Shown here one piece after another: positions 53,355-64,000 of a DNA stretch of 64,000 nucleotides (position 1 is its first letter; each line of letters opens with the position of its first letter). The stretch spans positions 17,422,001-17,486,000 of the forward strand of contig CP075492.1 in the NCBI GenBank assembly GCA_021613535.1, read 5' to 3'. Source of the DNA: Adineta vaga (lineage: Eukaryota > Animalia > Rotifera). The notes under the pieces were generated by a model, which saw only the letters and a list, made by a program, of their open reading frames with translations, was not told where the DNA came from and made no database searches. The position numbers and the translations under genes were made by a program.

Positions 53355-54680
53355 TGTGAGATATTACGAAAGGCGTACTCGTTTTGGACGTTGTCTGTCT
53401 GAAATGTTATTGTCATTTGGTTGTTTTTTTTTATACAATGTTATGATTTGTTTGCAGAAGAAAAAAAGGAAATTTCATACATATTAACTCTCCATGTGTG
53501 TTCGTGTTTATTGCTAGCAATAAAATAGAACATAAATCACAAATGTAGCATACTTTTGTATCAAATATTTAAATATTCTAATCTAAAGTCAATAGGTTTC
53601 TAAAAAAAAATTATGGGTGAGAGCGTAGATGTCAGAGAGAAACTTTGAGGAAATGCTCACATCTCACATTCTTTAGTGGTTTGTATTAAATTATAACAAA
53701 ACTATTTTTATTGGGTTTCATCTTGATGGTGTGGATGTGAATGTTCTGTTAGTTATACTTGGTTCACCCACCCTCGAGGGGGAAAAAGCGAATTCTTTCG
53801 GATTCTGGAATCCAAATCCAATTTTAGAATTGGATCTGCCAAGATTTGATCTGGACCTCACAGAATCTGAGCGTGTAAATGTGAGTGAGGATGTATAGAG
53901 GGGTATCGACGTTCAACAGATACAGATGCGTCGTTATGTGAGGTCTTGTATATAGTGATATGTCATGATATCTTCCCTACCTTCAGACTCATACCCTCCC
54001 ATTGCCTCTACCTACTCTCATACGTATCCATTTTTAATTATCGGCACATTCAACATTATTGTCACATTGTATATCGACATAAATCGTCGCCTACTACCAT
54101 TTAAGTCAGATCTTGTTAATTCCAGGCAAATCCTAGATTTGAATTTGATCGGAGTGGGATTTGGTTCACCCCTAGTCTCCATGTTATTTTTAACAAAAGG
54201 TATTCAAAAAACACTTAAACTTGTGCGGTCTTGAGATGGTTATAAATTGTTTACCAAAAATCGACTTTTTTGGGAAGGAACAACTGTAAATCTATGAAAC
54301 TTCGGTGAAAATTCTTGATTTTTATACGGATGATAGAACAGATTTCCAGTTATAAAATAGTAGAAATGAAATTGATATAGCATTCCTTCTTTGTTCTTAA
54401 ATTCGATTTGTACCATAAGGAATATCTTTATTACGTTAGCTAACAATGCTGTCTTCTAAATTCTCTTTTCGAGAAACTCAATCTATGAAAACATATCAAT
54501 CTGAGTTTTTGTAGTTTTCACATTTGTTATGTACAGTTGATTATGCAATAGAAGTTCTACAACACTCATCAAATCAATTTATTTATTTTCGTCACAGATT
54601 TATTAAATTTGATGTGTCAATCCTTTTAAGCGCACAATTGGGTTACGGTATCACGGCTATTTTCAAAAAGTAAAAGAAAT

Positions 54681-55583
54681 TTAACCAATATTTATTGATA
54701 AGTTTGCAGTCAAGTTATTTCCGATCACAGAACCTTTCGTCATCGTAGCCGTGGAAAATACCTGAAATGCGCCAGTAACCAGATTCTGACCCGTTCCCAT
54801 TAAACTTAAAAATAATCTTTGTGTATTTTTTGGTAATCGAAAGTAAGACATAGCGTAACCAGATGGATAAGTCGAATTCGCATATGCTGATAGAATAGTA
54901 TTGGTTTGCGATGGATTTGGCTCCGACAATGAAGCATATAGTGAACAAGCAGGGCAGTTCCATGTGAAGAGAATAATAGAATCATTCGTCAGAGTATAGA
55001 AATGGTTAGGAAAAAATTGCACAGTGTAGTATGTGCCTGGAAGTGTATTTCCAAAAGTTACTACTGTACCTCTTCCGATGTTATAAGGTGGTACAGAGCT
55101 TATGACAGAGGCAATATATGATGTTGAAACCAGAAGCTCGGTAAAACTACTAAGCTTGATAGCATAATATCGACTCGGATACGTGGCAAGTAGATCTAAA
55201 TTAATCGTATTCGAATCATGTCCTATATCTACGATGATGACAGTCATCAATTCTCCGTGTTCTATATGTCAGATACGAGCTGCTGCAGTCATATCTGGCG
55301 AGGTTGTCAATACAATAACGGCTCTTGATGGAGCTCGGCAGTTTGAGATACATGAACTGAGAACAGCATCTAGCGCAGACGTTAGAGTGGAAGGTTGCGA
55401 TTGAGTTGGAGTATACTGCTTCAAATCCAATTTTGATTTAACGACCAAAGCAGAGTTTGTTGTTCCAAGAGGCACAACCTGATGAACAACTGATGAAGCG
55501 CCATAAAAAAAGACACCAAAATTCGGATTGGAACCAGTAGGATTTAATTCTATCGCAATATCTGCAACAGCCTTTTTCATCTG
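54681..55583 (-). pseudogene. VWA-domain protein, 5'-truncated, with an in-frame TGA at 55269-55271
   Basis: NFGVFFY, STLTSALD, RAVIVLTT and TVIIVDIG. The ORFs share a frame across ARI*HIE. No upstream exon is found beyond the palindrome at 55601-55655. Confidence 0.65.
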
Positions 55584-55918
55584 TCCATGTTGAAGTAAAG
55601 AAGGGTGTGGGTGGGGTGTGGGTTGATATTCTGCCGATCCTTATCAACACCCTTATTCCAAGTTTATTATTCGTAAAACGATAAATTCAATTAGTTTATG
55701 AACGAAAATCAAGTCCAAACTCCCGTCGTAAGTTTCATTTTTTTTCTTTTGTAACAATTTCTTTCATCACTTTTTCTTATCAAAGATACCGGAGCACGCC
55801 TAGATTTCTCTCTGCTTGTCGATAAGGTCATACTTTTTTTTCATTTTTCATCTAAGCAACATACAGGAGAAGATATTATCTGTGATAAAAAGTATTTTAT
55901 ATTTTATTACTTTCGAAA

Positions 55919-56821
55919 ATGAATCGCACTGCTTTGGTGACTGGTGCTGCTCGAGGTTTGGGGCGTGCAATTGCTCTTCGACTTGCTAAAGATGGTTTCG
56001 ATGTCGCTGTTAATGATATAGAAGTTAATACTTCTGATCTTCAAAAAGTTCAACAAGACATCGAAGCCATGGGTCGAAAATCCATTGCTATCATTGCTGA
56101 TGTTTCTATAAGTGAAAAAGTCGAAGAAATGATGCAAGATGCTGTTAAAAAATTGGGAAGTCTTGACGTACATATTTCTTTTTTTTATGGCTTTTTCTGA
56201 TTGTTCTATCTCTTTTTTCCTCTTTTTAATTAATTCGACAGGTAGTCATTGCAAATGCAGGAATATGTATTGTGAAATCACTTTTGGAAACAACTGTAGA
56301 CGAATGGGATAGACTTTTTTCAGTGAATATGCGTGGTGTATTTCTTTGTTATAAAGAAGCAGCCAAAATCATGATTAAACAAGGTAAAGGAGGAAAAATC
56401 ATTGGTGCTTGCAGTACTGCTGGATATAAAGGATATCCAATGATTGGTCATTATTCTGCTACAAAATGGGGCGTTCGAGGTTTAACACAAGCAGCTGCTC
56501 AAGAATGGGCTAGGTATAAAATTACAGTCAATAGTTATTGTCCAGGTATGTTTTGATTCATTTTTCAAGTATTTCAAATTTGAAGAATTTTCAATAGGAC
56601 TTATTGATACAGCGATGACTCAAACAAGTAACGAAGAACTGGCAAAACTTCGAGGATTGACAGTAGAGGAAAATGTGGCAAATTCCGTCAGAAATATTCC
56701 ACTCGGTCGCACTGGACAGCCTGATGATGTTGCAAATGTAGTTTCATTTCTTGCAAGCAAGGATTCTGATTACATTACGGGACAAAGTATTTTAATCAAT
56801 GGAGGATTATATTTTTCTTAA
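55919..56821 (+). CDS. Short-chain dehydrogenase (acetoin/diacetyl reductase-like), 3 exons
   Basis: [31 protein letters not shown] and [12 protein letters not shown]. Introns 56168-56241 and about 56546-56597. Confidence 0.92.
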
Positions 56822-57424
56822 TTTATCTATTTTCAAATAAAATTTCACTTCATGATAAATCGTTGTCAAAATACTCTAAGGAGGTTAAATCTGCGACTTT
56901 TGCCTTTTGTATATTTGTTTGTTACAACTGAGATTTAGTTAAAACAAATACTGTCCTTCTTCAGTGACGCTCTCACGATACGAAAACACGTGCGTCATTT
57001 TTTTCTTTTCTTCTCTCCTTATATTACTTCATACGTGTACGTAGCCACGTATGCAAAAATAAAAGAAAAGTATGTCAACATGAGTATTTATTCGTCGTTC
57101 ATTTGTTTGCTCTTTATAAATAACTAATGTCTTTGATAGCAATATTACCACCACTGATCCTTTTCATTTCAATAAATTAATTTTTTATGACGTAGTTTGA
57201 CGCACCTAAAACTCATTGACTCTCCTTTTTTCTGTTTTTCTTCATTTTTACTCAAAGAAACCTATACATATATTAGTCCATAATAACCAAAATGAAATTC
57301 TTTTTACTTGAATCATGAGATTGTTCAGATTAAAACAAAGCCCCTATATTTGAATATCATGACTTCACCTTATGTCCAAGAGCTATTTCTTTTATTTACA
57401 TTTAGTCATTGACATCGATCAATT

Positions 57425-58441
57425 ATGAGCGAATCACTTGTATCATCAATTTCTACCGATCTTCAAGTTCCTGGTGAAAAATATTTAACACTTTTGGATG
57501 GTCGTCAATTGGCATATACCGAACAAGGTGATACAAATAGTAATAAAATAATGATCTTCTTTCATGGAGTATTTGGTGTTGGAGACTCATCACCTGATGG
57601 GAACCCTTATCGACAAATTGGATATCATTCTATTTCTCCTACACTTCCTGGTTGGGGTAATAGTTCACCATGGCCAGAAGATCAACCGATTTCAAATTAT
57701 CCTAATGATATTCATCAACTATTATTATCTCTGAAGAAAAATGATGATAAAAATCTTAGTATTACTGTTGGAGGTGGAAGTTATGGAGCTGCTTTCGCTC
57801 AAATATGTTTTTTTACATCCACTGATATAATGCCTGAAGTTGTCAATGTTAAATCATTAGTTCTTTGCTCTGGTTTTTCTCCATTTAAATATCATAGAAC
57901 ATATACAACAGGAATGAGTTGGTCAAATTATATTGCAGTTGGTGGACCAGCGATTTATTTTCCTTATATTAGAAGACTATTGGGATCATTTCTCCAGAAA
58001 AAAGCTCGTAATATTGATGAAGCGAAGAATTTTTTGCGAGAAAATATCTTTGATCAAATGGATGATGAAGAAAAAGCTAAATTACATAAATGGGAAGAAG
58101 AAAGAAATAAATCATCAGGATGGGTTCTTGAAACTATGGCAAGAAATATGTGTATAAGTATTTCTAAATCAATGGTTGGCTTTAATACTGTTGCACAGGT
58201 GTTACATTCAGATTGGGGTTATGATCCAACAAAAGTTCCACGATTACCAAAACGAAAAATATTAATTATAACTACAAAAGGAGATAAGATAGCTCATATG
58301 GAAATGTCAACATATTTAGCTGAAACTTATCCAAATACTGAACTTCGAATAATTGATGGAGGTCATTTAGCGTCATTTTTTGAAATCAATGAAATTATGA
58401 AAGATTGGCTGACAAATCTTGACAAAGAATTAGAGGAATAA
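57425..58441 (+). CDS. Alpha/beta hydrolase
   Basis: LLDGRQLAYTEQG, FFHG, PTLPGWGNS, GGSYG nucleophile elbow, D and GGH. Confidence 0.88.
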   Translation: MSESLVSSISTDLQVPGEKYLTLLDGRQLAYTEQGDTNSNKIMIFFHGVFGVGDSSPDGNPYRQIGYHSISPTLPGWGNSSPWPEDQPISNYPNDIHQLLLSLKKNDDKNLSITVGGGSYGAAFAQICFFTSTDIMPEVVNVKSLVLCSGFSPFKYHRTYTTGMSWSNYIAVGGPAIYFPYIRRLLGSFLQKKARNIDEAKNFLRENIFDQMDDEEKAKLHKWEEERNKSSGWVLETMARNMCISISKSMVGFNTVAQVLHSDWGYDPTKVPRLPKRKILIITTKGDKIAHMEMSTYLAETYPNTELRIIDGGHLASFFEINEIMKDWLTNLDKELEE

Positions 58442-59112
58442 ACTTTATGATCTTACACTAAAGACTATTTTTTAATGTATGATGTATTTGAGGGTGTGAG
58501 TGCTAATGTTAACTTAGCCTATACTCACACCCATATTACTGTGAACTTCTATAGTGCCACGTTTTCTAGTCTTTTGGTAAACTTAAATAACAAATTTCAA
58601 ATTTTGAATTAAATTGTTCTAATATTGGTTTCATTGAATTGAAATCGATCGAGATAAGTAAGAAATGTATGAAAACTGTTACTTAAATATTGAAAATAAA
58701 TCATTGATTGCATGGATAAATTTAGATGTCGATAATTAGTTACCATTGGTATATCTAAATGACGACGTTAAATTTTGACACACAGTGTGAGTATACGTTG
58801 AATGATTAAAAGTTCATGTAGATCACGAATACTTATTGAAACTTTAATAACCATATCGAAGACTAATATCAATTCGATTTAAACAACGATGTGGAAAACC
58901 ATTTGAAAAAATAAATTGATGAATATCAAATTGTTTAACATGATCAAGAATTGTCATGACATTCTAAGTTAGATAGAATTTTAATAGCGATTTGAAACCG
59001 ATGATTAAGTGAATAAAAAATAGATTAAGGTTCTCGAGCAGTGAAACATTTACAAAATTTCCAATAGTATTTAGGAAAAATAATCTTGTTTAAAATATAA
59101 AAAATATATGAT

Positions 59113-62100
59113 TTAATTCGAATGTTTATTCGCTTTTTGACAAGCATCTATTTTAGCTGACTTTCTTTTTGTTCCTTGACCTCTAAAAATCGATCCATCT
59201 GGCATTTGAACGCAACAAATAGCCATCGATTGACCATCGATTTCTTCTACATATTCTCTACAAAACAAAGATTATCAATGAGATTTTCGTTTTAGAAAAC
59301 GATTGTAACTTACGCAATTACTTTACCACCATGTTCAGAAAACAGTCGAATTGGATTTAAATTTGGATGTTGAATAGTTTGATCTATACATATGAATAGC
59401 AGAAAAGAGGATATTTTAAATAATTCTATCAAGATCATACTAATATAATTATGAAGTAATGGTTCAAAGACATCCCAAACGACTTGTAATGAATTATTTG
59501 AATCAAGAAAAACAGCACCAACAAGTGCTTCGAAAACGTCAGCTAACGCTTTTGGAGCTGTTGTATTTGCCCATTGATCAAGATCCTTATTCAAATATTG
59601 ATTAGTTGTTTGATCTTTTGAAAAAAGATCTTCATCACCTGCATAAGATGATATTTGTCCAAATAGATCGGTTGAATTATGTAGAATCTTTGTATGTAAA
59701 CCACAAGCTACGAAAATATATGCCAATCGTCCATTGTTTGATATATCTTGTCGAATATCTGTTACTCTTCCTAAACATACGAACAGGATTTATTAGAAAT
59801 ACATTCGTTATAATCTTATTATACCAGGTGTAATTGTTTCATTAAAATTAACAAATGCATAACGTGTAATCAAGAAATCAAGTATGGCATCACCGAGAAA
59901 TTCCAATCTAAAAACAATCAACTGATTAAAATTCAGATTACACAAAATGACTAACCGTTCATAACAATCTGTTATTCGATTAGCAAAATTCGATGGATGA
60001 GTGAATGCAGCAATAAGATAAGCTTTATTCTGAAATATATAATTAATTTTTGTCTCAATTGTTTCAAAAGCTTGATCAATATAAAATATATTTGTTAATC
60101 GATTAATCGGTTCATTATCTAAATTCATTGTTTGAACACGTAGAATCGACGGTATTTTCATCGTGTGACCTATAGAGTGAAAAGATTTCTAACAAAAGAA
60201 AGAAAAATGAATTGAAATATATTTACCTTGATTATCAATTGGAATTACATCAAGTCCAAGATAATGCATAAATTTTAATGTTGTTGTATAATCACTTTCA
60301 ATAAGAAATGCACCGATAAATGCTTCGATCATATCACTAAATTGTTTTTGTTTTGCAGTTTGATGTGTATATTCTTGATGATCAATTTCATTAATTTTAT
60401 ATCCAGGTGGTAACCAATTAGCTTCTTTACCTCGAAAGATTATTTTCTTTGCATATAAATATTCTTTTAGATTGTTTTTAACTGCTAATTGATAGAGATT
60501 TCTATTGGAAATTTGAACTTTCTTTTTACTTGTAAGCAGTCCAGCACCAGCTGATGGATATTGAATGTATAATGACATTGAAACAGCTAATTTAAGAAAA
60601 CAATCACCAAGTATTTCAAGATTTTCATTATCCATTTGTTCACCAGTTGAACGACGTGTTACAGATTGAAAAAGAATATTAGATAATGGTTGAAAATTCG
60701 TACAAATATTTGTTAAATCTAAACTCAATGTTGTCAATGGAAGTACATTTTTATTCATTGTTTTAAGACAATCTGTAAAACTAATTGGTGTTGATATTTG
60801 TAATACATTCATTCCTACAGAAGAACTATTTAGATGAGTATTGAATAGGATACGTAATTGTTCAATGTAATGTATTTGAGTAATACGAACGAGAATACTG
60901 GGTAATTTTTGAATTAATTGTAAATCATCAGCATTTAGTGGTGCATAACGAATTAATTCAATAGGAAAGTAGAAAACTTGAGTGTTTGATGTTGTAGTTG
61001 AATTTTTAACGCTTGGAGCTAATGGATAAAGATAATCAATTCGTGGTTTTTTAATTGATTTCATTTGTGCTAATACAGAATCTTGTTGAAAATGAATAGT
61101 TGGACATTTATCTTGAAAGTAATCAGCATAAGTCTTAATCATATCTGATTTTCTTTTATGTTCCCATGAATCAGAAATACGTTTCATTGAAACATTTTCT
61201 CTATCTTTTCTAAAGAATGTTTTTTGAGGTAAATGTTGAGCAATATACAATTCATCATCGGATAATTGTGAATGATCATCAATTGATTGATTTAATCGAT
61301 TATAAATTGTTAACATACGTTCATTATCAATTTCATTCGTATCTATATGAACAAAGATGATTCATAAGAATGTGTCACTTATTTTTTTTACTTTTTATTA
61401 AACATAATAATAATTTGAATGATGATTGTTCGATATTGAATTGAAGAATTGATTCTTTTAGAATTTCATCAAAAAGATTTTCAAATAAATAACGATTAAA
61501 ACATTCAAATACATTTCGATATTTCATATAATCAATTGATTGAATATAAATAATCTTTACAGTAAATATTTCATTAGAAATTCCATATAAATTAAAATTT
61601 GGTAACTAAGTAAGATAAAATTAACAAAAAACAACAACAAATAATCAATTTACTTCAAGTAATTTCGATGGAACAATAAAACCAAGTTGATCTTTTTCAT
61701 CTTTGAAATGAATTTTATAAAGATACCAAATATTTGTTACATCAATAGTCAATGGTGGAAATGAAATGATTTGTTTTGAAAATATTTCTATCATATCATC
61801 ACATTTCTTCTCGATTGTTTCGTCAAATAGTTTTATATGATGTGGTAAACAATCTTCATTCAATCCTCCTACAAAACATCGAATAATCATTTTTGATATT
61901 CTATAATTTTACCTTGTCGATGAAGTAATTCCACCATTTTTAAACAACATTGAAATTTTGCTAATTTTTTTCTTGATTTTTCACACTATAGAAAATAATT
62001 AAGAAGAATTTATGTTTAATTGAAGATCAACTTACAATAATATCATCACGAATAGGACAATTAGCTGGCATTAAAAGAATACTTTTATATGTGTCATGAT

Positions 62101-64000
62101 CAGTGCGAGAAAAAAGTATTCGGGGTGGACAAAGTTGACCATTACCAATAACAGCACAATATCTTTATTTTAAAAAGACAAAATCTTCTTTTCTATCAGA
62201 TTTCTTCCAATAACTTACTGATAAATAATTTGTGCAGCACGTATTGCACTAATAACAACACCACTTTCTGTTCGATAAGGTTCTAATTGTTCTAAATCTT
62301 TAATAGTATCATCATCATCATCAATAGAAAATCCTGTTTGAATTCTCTAATCAATCAATTAAATAAAATATAAATATGAATTTAATACAATTTACTTTAA
62401 CAATTTCTTCGTAAGTTTTATAATCTGTTATATTATTGTTTATTTCTTTTTCATCGATTCCATCGATGAGAAGTACATATGAAGCATTATTTTTAGCACG
62501 AGCACGACCTTTTGATTGCATATATGAAGCAAAATTGACTGGTTTATTGAAGCGAAATACAAGATTACATTTGGGAATATCAAGACCTTCTTCAACTACT
62601 GCTGTAGCTATTAGAATATTCACGTCACCAACATGAAATTCTTTGAGTACATGACGCTAAAAGAAATTATAAACATATAAAGGAAAATCTAAATTCATTT
62701 CAAACCAGATATTTTGCATTCATTTTTGCATTTACAACATTTGCTCGTGGACCAGTTACATATTTGATTTTAAATTCATTATTATTTGATGGTAATAATC
62801 TTCTATTCAATTCCATCAAAACTTCAGTCAAAATACTAGCTGTGTAGATACGTTCAACAAATACAATACATCGAGTTAAATTGTTAATTTCGAAATCTTT
62901 TCTAATACGTTGATATAATTCGAGTACTTTTGAACTGAATAAGATATCATTTTGATTTTGATAGAAATTAAATAGATTTTGAAGAATATCATTAACAAGA
63001 CAATCAATACGTTGTACAGCATCATCAAATAATTGTTTTCCTTGTGATTCATTCATATGATCTAAGATTTGAGATGATTTTAACAGTTTTTGAAGTGCTT
63101 TTGTTGCTAAGAAAAGTCCATAGAGACCTAATTCATTTCCAAGTTGAACTAATTGTTCAAGATAACGATTAAGTCGAGGAATATTTACATATTCCGATTG
63201 AAGAAATATTGTATAATCGACTGAGACAGTATTGTAATCAATGACATCCTCTGCCAAATAATCTTTACTCAATATAATTTCACTCAGATCATGTTCACGT
63301 TTTTCACGTTCAGCTTTTTTCTCTTTTAAATACAGCGCTAAATCGTTTAAAATTGATTGTATTGTCTACATATTAGAGAATATTTAGAGTTGGATCACAA
63401 AGATACGAATAGACTTACATCAAAAGCAATAGAAATATTTTCATAACGATCAACTATACATTTTTTGTAATTTGAACATATTATATGTTCAACTTTAGCT
63501 GAAGTTCCACATCGAATACTTTCTTCTCGATTTGTACCACTAGCAACACGAGCTCTACAGAGAGAAAAAACAGACATTTCATTCTCTGTTCGTACATATA
63601 TAGATTTATTATACCTGTACGTATCTTCAATATTTTTTGCAGCCTTACTCAGTTGATCGGGTTTGAGTTTTTTTGCACTAATCGATGCTGTAAGACCAAG
63701 TATACGTGGTTTTTCATCACACTCATCATAATGTCTTCTCATTAGAGCTGCATAACAATTTTCTCCACTTGAATGATGACATTCATCAAAAATCAACAAA
63801 TTTACTTTACACAATGCTAAAATGTTCAATAATATTTATAATTCAATAGAAACAATCTAAAGACATACGAAAATACTTATGATCAACAAGATCAAGAAAG
63901 ACTTTTGCTGTAAAAACTAACACTTGATGCTGTTCAAATTCATTCATCCATCGTAATTTATCCCATAGATCAACGCCTAATTCACCATAATATCTTCCAA
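59113..64000 (-). CDS. Dcr: Dicer (DExD helicase, DUF283, divergent PAZ, RNase IIIa and IIIb, dsRBD); 5' end lies beyond the window
   Basis: IFDECHH, LGLTAS, ATAVVEEGLDIPKCN, YMQSKGRAR, ENLEILGDCFLK..SDMIEAFIGA and ERLEFLGDAILD..ADVFEALVGA. Confidence 0.95.

Noticed and set aside
53775-54175. Degenerate MITE with TAGGGGTG-like ends
   Set aside because: The ends match poorly and there is no TSD; too decayed to call.
8405-55271. Genetic code with UGA=Trp
   Set aside because: Several intact genes end in TGA (1474, 5156, 40504) and TGG is used for Trp throughout.

Overview
AT-rich eukaryotic DNA with short (about 50-60 bp) GT-AG introns. It is most likely from a bdelloid rotifer; this is inferred from the gene-family repertoire and the TGTGGG/TGAGGG telomere-type motifs. 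The main structure is an apparently intact 10,983-bp DNA transposon (22420-33402, TGT...ACA ends, imperfect TIRs, TATA target duplication) inserted in a SAM-methyltransferase gene. It carries three co-oriented intron-containing genes: a Ginger/KRBA2-like DDE integrase, a truncated RPA70-like ssDNA-binding protein (OB folds A+B), and a DUF3987-like P-loop ATPase/helicase. An array of about nine 83-bp repeats lies near its right end. About 18 short inverted telomere-motif palindromes (GGGTGTGGG - unique spacer - CCCACACCC) are scattered through the host DNA, several exactly at gene-truncation or deletion junctions. Host genes include several rhodopsin-like GPCRs (one split by a 169-bp hAT MITE), two F-box/LRR genes with 84-bp exons, an ART-TPR protein, a kelch protein, a 5'-nucleotidase, a GTPase-HSP20, a Ly6 protein, a VWA protein, an SDR, an alpha/beta hydrolase and a Dicer running off the right edge. 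Many genes carry single inactivating lesions. All assignments come from manual reading; no database searches were run.
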